From Rhodospirillales bacterium (lineage in GTDB: Bacteria; Pseudomonadota; Alphaproteobacteria; Micavibrionales; UBA1664), in NCBI GenBank assembly GCA_023898805.1, contig CP060260.1, positions 1,425,656 through 1,489,655 on the forward strand: DNA of 64,000 bases, in the 5' to 3' direction. Positions 40,717 through 48,946 of this stretch are shown here, one piece after another (position 1 is the stretch's first letter; each line of letters opens with the position of its first letter). The position numbers were made by a program, and so were the translations under genes. The notes under the pieces are model-generated. The model did not search any database, was not told the origin of the DNA, and saw only the letters and a list, made by a program, of their open reading frames with translations.

Positions 40717-40885
40717 ACCCGTAGTCGCCGTTTGTCCGCTAATATCGACTTTATAAAAACAAAAGTTTCTCTTTTTAAATTTCCATATCGTATAACCGCT
40801 CGACAGGACGGGAGTCAAGTTCTAAATTGAAGCAAGTTAAAAAAACATTTTTTCTTTCTTGCGTTTTTGCGAATTCATCATTATG

Positions 40886-40891
40886 TATAAT
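40886..40891 (+). promoter_or_regulatory. Consensus -10 box (TATAAT) in the AT-rich divergent promoter region 40717..40944
   Basis: TATAAT lies 54 nt upstream of the XRE gene start. No well-spaced -35 hexamer: TTGCGA gives a 13-nt spacer and TTGCGT gives 21 nt. Confidence 0.35.
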
Positions 40892-40944
40892 CCCCAACGA
40901 AAAACTTTGACCGGGGCAAACTCAGGGGTATAGAACGCTTCAAG

Positions 40945-41643
40945 ATGACCATTTCAACAGCACAAATTCGCGGCGCGCGCGGCCTTCTCGATTGGTCGCA
41001 GGCGGAGCTGTCCCGTCGCACCGGCATCTCCACCACCTCGATCGGTAATATCGAAAGCGGGCACACCCAGGCGCGTGAAAGCACGCTGGCTGTCATTCGC
41101 GCGGCGTTTGAACGCGGCGGCATCGACTTCATTGGCAAGGAAGGCGTGCGCATGCAGACCGAGTTTCTGCGCACCTATACCGGCACCGAAGGGTTCAAGG
41201 ACTTCATGAACCACCTGTACGAAACCGCCAAGGCCTATGGCGGGGAAATCGTGCTGTTCAACGCACACCCGGAAGAATGGCAGAAATGGCTGGGTCAGGA
41301 ATGGTTCGCCATGCACTCCAAACGCATGGCCGATCTGGGTGACAAAATCAGCTTCCGCATCACCGCCAACTCGGGGGAGCAGAATTTCATCTCGCGCGAA
41401 TTTGCCGAATATCGCTGGTTCCCCGAGGAATTCATGTCGCGCCGGGCAATGTACGCCTATGCCGATTACATCGCCTTCGTCAATTTCGAGGAAAGCAACG
41501 TTTCGGTCATCGCGCTCAAACAGACGGATTTTGCCAACGCGTTCCGCGTCCTGTTCAATATCGCGTGGGACAAGGTCGCGTTGAAGCTCGACGAAAACGC
41601 GCCTGAAATCACGACGAAAACCAAGGCCAAAGCCGCGTCATGA
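40945..41643 (+). CDS. XRE/Cro-family HTH protein with an uncharacterised ~165-aa C-terminal domain
   Basis: N-terminal HTH IRGARGLLDWSQAELSRRTGISTTSIGNIESGHTQARESTL. I do not recognise the C-terminal domain. Confidence 0.8.
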   Translation: MTISTAQIRGARGLLDWSQAELSRRTGISTTSIGNIESGHTQARESTLAVIRAAFERGGIDFIGKEGVRMQTEFLRTYTGTEGFKDFMNHLYETAKAYGGEIVLFNAHPEEWQKWLGQEWFAMHSKRMADLGDKISFRITANSGEQNFISREFAEYRWFPEEFMSRRAMYAYADYIAFVNFEESNVSVIALKQTDFANAFRVLFNIAWDKVALKLDENAPEITTKTKAKAAS

Positions 41644-42890
41644 CTATGATGTTTAAACCCGGTCGCGAACGATACGTTCCCCTGTTCGTCGGGGGCGACA
41701 TCGTCGCGCAGTCGATTTTAAACGAATTCGTGCCGTTCCTGATTGAGAACGGTTTTACACCTGTCATTTATTTGCCGGCGTACAATCCGGTGAAAGGGGC
41801 GGTTTCGGCTTCGGTTTCGCCCGCGCGACACACATTCAAAAAGGCCAGTAAGGCCAGCAAGTCGATGGTTCTGCCGGACAATCCGGAGATCGCGCGTTTC
41901 CTGAAGCTGGAACGTAAAATCCTCGACGAGGCCGTATTCCCCTTCCTCAAACAAGAATCCTGCCCCGATGCGAAAATGATGACGCCGCATCAGCTGGCGC
42001 AAAAATACGGTCTGACGATCAAAGACGTTACTAACGTCAACGCGCCTGAATTCCTTGACGAGATTCGCAGCCTCAAGGCTAAAGGGCTGGCTGGTGCGCT
42101 TTCCATCCGTTGTTTCCAGATTTTCAAAAAGCCGATTATCGACTTGATCAAGGCCAGCAACGATCCTGCCCATCTGGATCCGGAAACGCTGGGTCCGGGC
42201 GAGCCCTTCTTCATGAACCTGCATCCCGGTCGTTTGCCGCAATATCGCGGCGTGTTTTCAACGCTCCGGGCTATGGCCGACTTTGCGCGCGCGGCGAGCT
42301 TGTATTACTTTGGTGCGACGTTGCACGATGTGAACACGGGAATCGATACAGGCCTGACTTATAAAATGAAGGGTCTGCCAATCAAATCGGACGAGTCGCT
42401 CTATGCGCATAACCTGCGTCTGGTGCTGGTGGCGACCAAGCTTCTGCACGAATTCGTTTCCGAATGGCAGGGCTTGAGCGCATCCACCAATGAGATGAAG
42501 GAAGGCATACCGCTGCACCAGCAGATAAGCCATGCTGGCGACAAGGCGGAATATTTCACCAACCCAACCAACGGCGAAATGGACGAAATGAAAGCCATGG
42601 GAATTCGTCTTGCCTCGGTCGATGAAGTAAAAACCGCGCTGATCGAACGGTACAGCGTCCCCGGCAGCGACCACGCAAAGCGTCTGGAAAAAGTCATGGA
42701 CCGATGGATTGCCGATCAGGGCATCGATCCGGGTCAGGATTATGCCGGCCCGGCGCGCACGGTGGCTGCTTTCGATCGCGGGCCGTCCGTTCGCTCTGCG
42801 CGTCGCGTCGTGTGCGGCCGCCCGCCCGTCAACGATCCGGGGAAGCCGCCTACTGGTACTACGGGTGGGCGCATCGCCTTGAGAGTGTGA
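41640..42890 (+). CDS. Divergent formyltransferase-fold protein (formyl_trans_N-like core; no Fmt C-terminal domain)
   Basis: FFMNLHPGRLPQYRG (Asn/His) and GATLHDVNTGIDTG (Asp) match the Fmt/PurN/ArnA catalytic signature. ATGA overlap with the XRE gene's stop. Confidence 0.7.
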   Translation: MTMMFKPGRERYVPLFVGGDIVAQSILNEFVPFLIENGFTPVIYLPAYNPVKGAVSASVSPARHTFKKASKASKSMVLPDNPEIARFLKLERKILDEAVFPFLKQESCPDAKMMTPHQLAQKYGLTIKDVTNVNAPEFLDEIRSLKAKGLAGALSIRCFQIFKKPIIDLIKASNDPAHLDPETLGPGEPFFMNLHPGRLPQYRGVFSTLRAMADFARAASLYYFGATLHDVNTGIDTGLTYKMKGLPIKSDESLYAHNLRLVLVATKLLHEFVSEWQGLSASTNEMKEGIPLHQQISHAGDKAEYFTNPTNGEMDEMKAMGIRLASVDEVKTALIERYSVPGSDHAKRLEKVMDRWIADQGIDPGQDYAGPARTVAAFDRGPSVRSARRVVCGRPPVNDPGKPPTGTTGGRIALRV

Positions 42891-42894
42891 TTTT

Positions 42895-42929
42895 AAACAA
42901 GCGCCCCGGTTTCGGGGCGCTTGTTTTTT
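42895..42929 (+). terminator. Rho-independent terminator
   Basis: AAACAAGCGCCCCG-gttt-CGGGGCGCTTGTTT, then a T-run to 42929. Confidence 0.9.
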
Positions 42930-42954
42930 GCGGGGTGTCGCTTATTCTTTGTGT

Positions 42955-44949
42955 ATGACGACCGTGATCTCCGCCCCCGATTTTTCCACCTATACGAATT
43001 TTGACTGGATTGCCGCGATCCGCGAACGCATTGCGCTGGCGCGCGGTCGCGTTGCAGAAATAAAAGCGTCGGGCAAGACCGATTTTTCACTGATCGCGGG
43101 GCTTGAAACCTGTGACGAGGAACTGGGGCAGGTGCTGGAGGTTTTCTACAGCCTGCTGGGCACCGACACGACCGACGCCATGCAGGCGCTGGCACAGGAA
43201 ATCGGTCCGATATCCGCTGAATTTTCGTCCGAAATCAGTCAGGACGTCGAATTGTTCCGGCTTGTCGACGCGCTCTGGGCAAAGCGCGATGGCATCAAGG
43301 ATCCCGCGCAATATGCCTGCCTTGAAAAACACTGGAAGGGTTTTGTGCGCAACGGTGCGCTGCTTGATGATGCGGGCAAGGCCCAGTTAAAGGCCATTGA
43401 CGCCGAAATGTCCAAGCTCGGCCCCAGATTTTCCGACAACATGCGCAAAAGCGCCAAGGCCTATCAACTGGTCATTACCGCGCCTGCCGATCTTGCGGGC
43501 TTGCCGGAAAGCGCCGTCGCCGCCGCGCGGGAGGAAGCGGAGGCCAAAGGCCACAAGGATGCCTGGCTGTTCACGCTCGACCATCCGTCCTACGTGCCGT
43601 TCATGACCTATGCCGACAACCGCGAATTGCGCGAACAGATGTGGCGCGCCTTTGCCGCGCGCGCCTACGGCGACGATTTCGACAATCGGGCATTGGCCAA
43701 GGAGATCGTGGGTCTGCGCCACGCGCGCGCCCGGCTTTTGGGCTATGCCGGTCACGCCGATTTCGTGCTGGAACGACGCATGGCCGAAACGCCGGAACGA
43801 GTTTTCGCGTTTCTTGATCGTCTGAAATCCGTGGCGCTGCCCGCCGCGCGGCGGGAGCTTGAGGAATTGCGCGCCTTCGCCGGCACGGACTTGAAACCGT
43901 GGGATGTCGGGTATTACAGCGAAAAACTCAAACAGAAAAAATATGCTTTCGATTCCGAAAGGCTGCGCCCGTATTTCCCTGTCGACGCGGTCCTCAAGGG
44001 CTGCTTTGCGCATTGCGAAAAACTGTTCGGTTTAAGCTTCCGCGAAAGCGGCGCCTATTCCGTCTATCACCCGGATGTCAAACCCTTCGATGTGGTGGAC
44101 AGCGCAACCGGCACGCCGCTTGGCCTTTTATATGCCGATTTCTTCCCGCGCGATGGCAAGAATTCCGGCGCGTGGCAAGGCACGTTCCGCGAACGGCGGA
44201 TCATGCGCGACGGCAATACCGGCCTGCCGCTTTCGGTGATCGTGTGCAATTTCACCAAGCCGACGAAGGACAAGCCATCGCTGCTCTCGTTCGACGAGGT
44301 CGAAACGTTGTTCCACGAAATGGGCCACGCCCTGCACACCTTGCTGACGACCATCGACTACCCGTCGATTTCCGGGACGTCCGTATATTGGGACTTCGTC
44401 GAACTGCCCAGCCAGATCATGGAAAACTGGCTGACCGAAAAAGAAACGCTGGATATTTTCGCGCGGCATTACGAAACCGGTGAAACGATCCCGCAACAGC
44501 TTATCGATGCGCTGAAAAAATCCCAGAATTTCATGGCCGGATGGTTCGTGATGCGGCAACTGCAATTCTGCCTGCTGGACATGACATGGCATACGGCCGA
44601 CCCGGCGTCGATCGGCGACGTTCTGACGTTTGAACGCGGCGTGCTCGACCCGCTTGCCTTGCTGCCTTACGAGGCGGGATGCGTAAGCACGTCCTTCAGC
44701 CACATTTTCGCAGGCGGGTATTCGGCCGGATATTACAGTTATCAATGGGCGGAGGTGCTGGACGCCGACGCGTTTTCGCTGTTCAAGGAAAAGGGCCTGT
44801 ACGACCCCGCCACGGGCCGCGCCTTCCGCGACCGCGTTCTGGCCTTGGGCGGTTCGCGCCCGCCGCTTGATCTGTTTCGTGACTTCCGTGGGCGCGAACC
44901 GGACCCGGATGCGTCCTTGCGCCGACGTGGGCTTTTGGACGCGGCTTAA
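42955..44949 (+). CDS. M3-family zinc metallopeptidase (peptidyl-dipeptidase Dcp / oligopeptidase A type)
   Basis: HEMGHALH zinc motif with a downstream Glu, about 664 aa. Start trimmed to ATG 42955. Confidence 0.88.
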   Translation: MTTVISAPDFSTYTNFDWIAAIRERIALARGRVAEIKASGKTDFSLIAGLETCDEELGQVLEVFYSLLGTDTTDAMQALAQEIGPISAEFSSEISQDVELFRLVDALWAKRDGIKDPAQYACLEKHWKGFVRNGALLDDAGKAQLKAIDAEMSKLGPRFSDNMRKSAKAYQLVITAPADLAGLPESAVAAAREEAEAKGHKDAWLFTLDHPSYVPFMTYADNRELREQMWRAFAARAYGDDFDNRALAKEIVGLRHARARLLGYAGHADFVLERRMAETPERVFAFLDRLKSVALPAARRELEELRAFAGTDLKPWDVGYYSEKLKQKKYAFDSERLRPYFPVDAVLKGCFAHCEKLFGLSFRESGAYSVYHPDVKPFDVVDSATGTPLGLLYADFFPRDGKNSGAWQGTFRERRIMRDGNTGLPLSVIVCNFTKPTKDKPSLLSFDEVETLFHEMGHALHTLLTTIDYPSISGTSVYWDFVELPSQIMENWLTEKETLDIFARHYETGETIPQQLIDALKKSQNFMAGWFVMRQLQFCLLDMTWHTADPASIGDVLTFERGVLDPLALLPYEAGCVSTSFSHIFAGGYSAGYYSYQWAEVLDADAFSLFKEKGLYDPATGRAFRDRVLALGGSRPPLDLFRDFRGREPDPDASLRRRGLLDAA

Positions 44950-45839
44950 AACAGCTCCTGCACCATGCAGCGGGCGGAACCACCGCCATAGGTTTCGATG
45001 GTCGGAATCTCGCCGGTGACGATGGTGGCGTAATACCGCGACAGGCGTGCGCGCTGGTCGGAATTAAGCGCGCCGTACGCGCGTTCCGACATGATAAGCA
45101 GCAACTGGTTTTCAGTGCCTTGCGCCTCAATCGCGTTGCCGCAAAAGGCGCGCAGCTGGCTGTTGTCGAATTCCACCACCTCGCGGTGCGCGCTTAGGGA
45201 TTTCAACACGCGTTCGCGATCCTTCTCGATGATCGCGCCCGAGCATACGCCAGCCACCTCGCTGCCCACCCACATGACGACGTCAGTGTGATAGACGGGC
45301 TTGCCGGTATGATCGACCGTGTCGAAGAACAGCGGTTCATAGCCCATTTTATTGCACCATTCGCGCGCCAATCCTTCATCCGTACGGGCGGACCGGCCGC
45401 AATAAGCAACGCGGTGCACGCGGTCAAGCACCAGCGATCCGGTGCTTTCAAGGGCTTTACCCTCCTCCTCGTGGAATGCCATGTCCATCTTGAGGCCGTA
45501 ATAGCGTTTAAGCAGGTTGATCAATCCCGGCATCCGTTCGGCGCGACGGTTGGGCGTCAGCATGGGATAGATGACCAGCCCCTGTTCCTCGTGGGTCGAA
45601 AACCAGTTGGGGAAGGCCACGTCCGGGCATTTCTTTGGTCCTTGCACCGTGGTCACAAACACGCCGGATGCCACCAGCCTGTCGCGGAAATCGCGGAATT
45701 CGCGCAAGTAACGCGCGGCCACCTCGGTGGCGTTTTCGCGCACGTCGATCTGGTAATCGTTGGTTGCGGCGGTTTCCGGATTGAATCCGGGCTGCGAGGG
45801 CTCGATCATCAGCAGATGGCGCGTGGACTGGCGGGACAT
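44946..45839 (-). CDS. Guanidino-group-modifying enzyme superfamily protein (arginine deiminase-related / CtlX-like hydrolase)
   Basis: About 297 aa with HTDVVM and the C-terminal catalytic-Cys motif GGGSARCM. Confidence 0.65.
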   Translation of the reverse strand: MSRQSTRHLLMIEPSQPGFNPETAATNDYQIDVRENATEVAARYLREFRDFRDRLVASGVFVTTVQGPKKCPDVAFPNWFSTHEEQGLVIYPMLTPNRRAERMPGLINLLKRYYGLKMDMAFHEEEGKALESTGSLVLDRVHRVAYCGRSARTDEGLAREWCNKMGYEPLFFDTVDHTGKPVYHTDVVMWVGSEVAGVCSGAIIEKDRERVLKSLSAHREVVEFDNSQLRAFCGNAIEAQGTENQLLLIMSERAYGALNSDQRARLSRYYATIVTGEIPTIETYGGGSARCMVQELF

Positions 45840-45852
45840 GCTGGGAACCTTT

Positions 45853-47256
45853 CTATTTCTTGCGTTTGCGGGTCTTGACCGATTCAGGATAACCGATTTG
45901 CGCGTCTTCCGGCAGCGGAAGATTGTGCCGTGGCAGTATTTCGGCTTGACGCGCGGCCAGCGCGGCCGTGTCGAACCCTTCGATCATTTCGTTGAACAGT
46001 TTGTGCCAGTTGATGCGCGCCTGCAAATGTATGAAGACCGACCCCAACCCCAGCGCCGCGCGGTCCATGAACACGAATTCGCGCGGTACGATTACGCCAC
46101 CCGCCGCGCGCAGGCGGCGATGCACCTCGATCGCGGTTTCGTGCCCGTACATCCCGCCGCCTTCCGACCTTTTGGTCGCCTGACCGATGACGCGCTCCCG
46201 GTCCTCCAGCAACGGGCCGTATAAAAACCGCGCCCATGTGTTGAGAATGTCGATCAAATCGTTTGAAAGGTTTTCAAACCCCCAGCTCTCATAGGCATGG
46301 ACCGCGCGGGCGCGGTCGTTGTCCTGTAATGCGTGGTAAAGGTCGATGACCCCGCCGACGAAGGCGGGACGAAATACCCGTACGCAGCCGAAATCCAGCA
46401 GGTTCAGGCCGTGATCCGGACGCACGGAGTAATTGCCCAGATGCGGGTCGCCGTGAATGACACCATAAAAATACAAGGGCACGTACCACGCGCGGAACAG
46501 ATTCAGCGCGATTTCGTTGCGCACGGCCTCGGGCGCGTCCACGAAATCCAGAATGCGCTGTCCCTCCAGCCACGTCGAGGTCAGCAGCCGCGCGGTGGAA
46601 AGTTCCGGCACCACGGCGGGTACCGCGACCCGCGACTCGTCTTTCAGGATGTCGGCATACAGGCCGCAATAGCGCGCTTCGAGGTTGTAATCCAGCTCCT
46701 CGCGCAGCCGTGCGGCCAGTTCGGCATGGATATGGCGGGTGTCGATCGCGCTGTCGGCGCGTTCGTAAAGGGAAAACACCAGCTTGAGCTGGTTGAGATC
46801 CGCCTCGATCGCGGCACTCATATCGGGGTATTGCAGCTTGCACGCAACCATGCGCCCGTCATGCAGACTCGCCTTGTGTACCTGTCCGAGCGAGGCCGCG
46901 GCCGCCGCTGATTGCCCGAAGGACGCGAATTTCTTTTCCCACCCATCACCCAGCTCTGCCTTCATCCGGCGGCGGACGAAGGGCCACCCCATCGGCGGCG
47001 CGTTGGATTGCAGTTCTTGAAACGCGCGGGCGTATTCGGGGGGCAGTGCTTCCGGGATCGTGGCGAGGATCTGGCCGATTTTCATGATCGGCCCCTTAAG
47101 CGCGCCCAGCGATTCCAGCAACTGGCGGGCATGGACGTCGCGGTCGATGTTCAAGCCTAGGAATTTTTCGCCCGCCAGCCGTGCGGCCAATCCGGCCATA
47201 GCCGTGGACACTTTGGTGTAACGGCCGATGCGGCTGGTCAGGCGGTTTTTGTCCAT
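45853..47256 (-). CDS. ABC1/UbiB-family atypical kinase, soluble COQ8/ADCK3-like
   Basis: KxGQ motif (IMKIGQILA), AAASLGQVHKASL...VACKLQYPD, HGDPHLGNY and LLDFG. No C-terminal TM helices. Start trimmed to MDKNRLTS at 47256. Confidence 0.85.
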   Translation of the reverse strand: MDKNRLTSRIGRYTKVSTAMAGLAARLAGEKFLGLNIDRDVHARQLLESLGALKGPIMKIGQILATIPEALPPEYARAFQELQSNAPPMGWPFVRRRMKAELGDGWEKKFASFGQSAAAAASLGQVHKASLHDGRMVACKLQYPDMSAAIEADLNQLKLVFSLYERADSAIDTRHIHAELAARLREELDYNLEARYCGLYADILKDESRVAVPAVVPELSTARLLTSTWLEGQRILDFVDAPEAVRNEIALNLFRAWYVPLYFYGVIHGDPHLGNYSVRPDHGLNLLDFGCVRVFRPAFVGGVIDLYHALQDNDRARAVHAYESWGFENLSNDLIDILNTWARFLYGPLLEDRERVIGQATKRSEGGGMYGHETAIEVHRRLRAAGGVIVPREFVFMDRAALGLGSVFIHLQARINWHKLFNEMIEGFDTAALAARQAEILPRHNLPLPEDAQIGYPESVKTRKRKK

Positions 47257-47316
47257 GCCACTTAAATGGCCCGATTTGGCCTTTTTTTCCAGCCCTTTTG
47301 TACCTAAAATACAGGC

Positions 47317-47895
47317 ATGACACAGAATGCCGCAGCCCTGAAAGACCGCGTTGTCCTGCGCGCGCTTTCGGACGCGCCGGAAAAGGGCTGGACCCGCGCC
47401 GCGCTTGAATCGGCCGCACATGCCTGCGGGGCGCGCCCCGGTGTTTTTTCGGGGCCTGACGCGGCGCTGGCGTATGCCAGCGACCTGTTCGACCGGCAGA
47501 TGACGGCGCAACTGGCGGTGGTCGATCCCACACATCTGCGTGTGCGCGAACGCGTGGCCAGGGCTGTGATGACGCGGCTTGATCTGATGGCGCCTTACCG
47601 CGCGGGGTTGCGCGTCGCGCTTCCGCGCCGCGCTCTGCCGCTGCGCGCTTTGCGCGGTGCCGCGCCGCTCTGGCGCAGCGCCGATAAAATCTGGAACTGG
47701 GCGGGGGACACCGCCACTGATTACAACCGTTATACCAAGCGTGCGCTGCTTTCCGGCGTGATGGCGTCGACTGTCCTGTTCTGGCTGTCTGACGATTCAC
47801 CAGGCATGGCAGCCACGCATGGCTTTCTGGAACGGCGTATTGCGAACGTGCTGTGCATCGGGCAGACCATAGGCAAATTCAAACGGGCGGCATGA
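47317..47895 (+). CDS. COQ9-family protein (RpsU-divergently-transcribed protein family)
   Basis: 192 aa with a TetR-like helical N-terminus (LSDAPEKGWTRAAL) and a C-terminal COQ9 core (WNWAGDTATDYNRYTKRALLSGV). Confidence 0.7.
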   Translation: MTQNAAALKDRVVLRALSDAPEKGWTRAALESAAHACGARPGVFSGPDAALAYASDLFDRQMTAQLAVVDPTHLRVRERVARAVMTRLDLMAPYRAGLRVALPRRALPLRALRGAAPLWRSADKIWNWAGDTATDYNRYTKRALLSGVMASTVLFWLSDDSPGMAATHGFLERRIANVLCIGQTIGKFKRAA

Positions 47896-47899
47896 GGCC

Positions 47900-48577
47900 A
47901 TGAAACGATTTCTGATTTTGGCCATGCTGGCCTCCCTGTTTCCCGCTGTGCTGTCCGCTAGATCCGCACTTGCGATGACGGCGCAGGAACTGGGCGCGCT
48001 GTACAGTCCTTATACCGGCGATTCCACCATGGCGCTGGACCAGCCGCATCGCACGGTCACCGAGATCGGGTCGTGGGTATCCGAGATCGTGGGCACGGTA
48101 TTGAAATTCGCGTCCGGAAACACGGGCCGCCATCTGACCGTTATTCGCCCGTATTTCACCGATCAGGGCTACGCCGGTTTCGCGGGATTTTTGAACGCAC
48201 AGGGTTTTGGCGATGCGATCGCCAAACAAACTCTGGGTATGGACGCCACGCCGGATGCGGCGCCGACCCTGCTGGGGCAGGGGGCGTCGAACGGCGCCTA
48301 TGCCTGGGCGTTTGAGGTGCCATTAACTCTGGTCGTTTCAAGCGTACCGGGCAAACCCCCGGTCAACCGCGACGTGACCATCCGCATACAGGTCACCCGT
48401 TCGCCCAAAGGGGCGGACCCGCACGGTGTGCTGATCGACAGCTGGGCCGCGTTCGACGGCGTGGATACGTTCAGGAAGACGGGTTCCGGTTTGGGGCAAG
48501 CCCCGTTGCAAGCCCCGTTGCAAGCCCCGGCGCAAGCCCCGGCGCAAGATAGTGGACAACCGGCACGAACGCCTTGA
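47900..48577 (+). CDS. IcmL/DotI-like domain protein with signal peptide and a repetitive QAP tail
   Basis: Signal peptide MKRFLILAMLASLFPAVLSA. The core pattern (W..E.....F.......YFT..G...F...L, G.YAW.FEVPL, V.V.R.P) resembles the DotI/IcmL family. Confidence 0.55.
   Translation: MKRFLILAMLASLFPAVLSARSALAMTAQELGALYSPYTGDSTMALDQPHRTVTEIGSWVSEIVGTVLKFASGNTGRHLTVIRPYFTDQGYAGFAGFLNAQGFGDAIAKQTLGMDATPDAAPTLLGQGASNGAYAWAFEVPLTLVVSSVPGKPPVNRDVTIRIQVTRSPKGADPHGVLIDSWAAFDGVDTFRKTGSGLGQAPLQAPLQAPAQAPAQDSGQPARTP
48497..48548 (+). repeat. 12-bp tandem repeat x4.3 inside the IcmL-like gene
   Basis: caagccccgttg x2, caagccccggcg x2, then caag, encoding QAPLQAPLQAPAQAPAQ. Confidence 0.95.
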
Positions 48578-48642
48578 TTCTCATCCACACCGCCGCTTAG
48601 TGTGAGCCGTTCCAGCCCATAGCGTGAGGAGTATCCGAACAC

Positions 48643-48930
48643 ATGCCCAAATCCAACGTTACGCCCTTCGACCCGTCGAAACCCGAAACGGCCAATACCG
48701 GCGGCGTTGCCGGTGCGCGGTTGAAATCGCTGGTCGAACGCATCGAAAAGCTGGAGGAAGAAAAATCCGCCATCGCCTCCGACGTCAAGGACGTGTATGC
48801 CGAGGCCAAGGGCACCGGCTTCGACACAAAAACGATCCGCAAACTGATCCGTCTGCGCAAAATGGATGCGCAAAAGCGCCAGGAAGAAGACGAATTACTC
48901 GACCTCTACCGCGCCGCGATCGGCCTTTGA
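48643..48930 (+). CDS. gapR: GapR-type nucleoid-associated protein (DUF2312/UPF0335)
   Basis: LKSLVERIEKLEEEKSAIASDVKDVYAEAKGTGFDTKTIRKLIRLRKMDAQKRQEEDELLDLYRAAIG parallels Caulobacter GapR along its full length. Confidence 0.9.
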   Translation: MPKSNVTPFDPSKPETANTGGVAGARLKSLVERIEKLEEEKSAIASDVKDVYAEAKGTGFDTKTIRKLIRLRKMDAQKRQEEDELLDLYRAAIGL

Positions 48931-48946
48931 TTAAAAGGTAAGGCTC

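Noticed and set aside
48497-48548. Short tandem repeat as a possible CRISPR-like or regulatory array
   Set aside because: The 12-bp units are contiguous with no spacers, lie in frame inside a CDS, and encode a QAP low-complexity tail.
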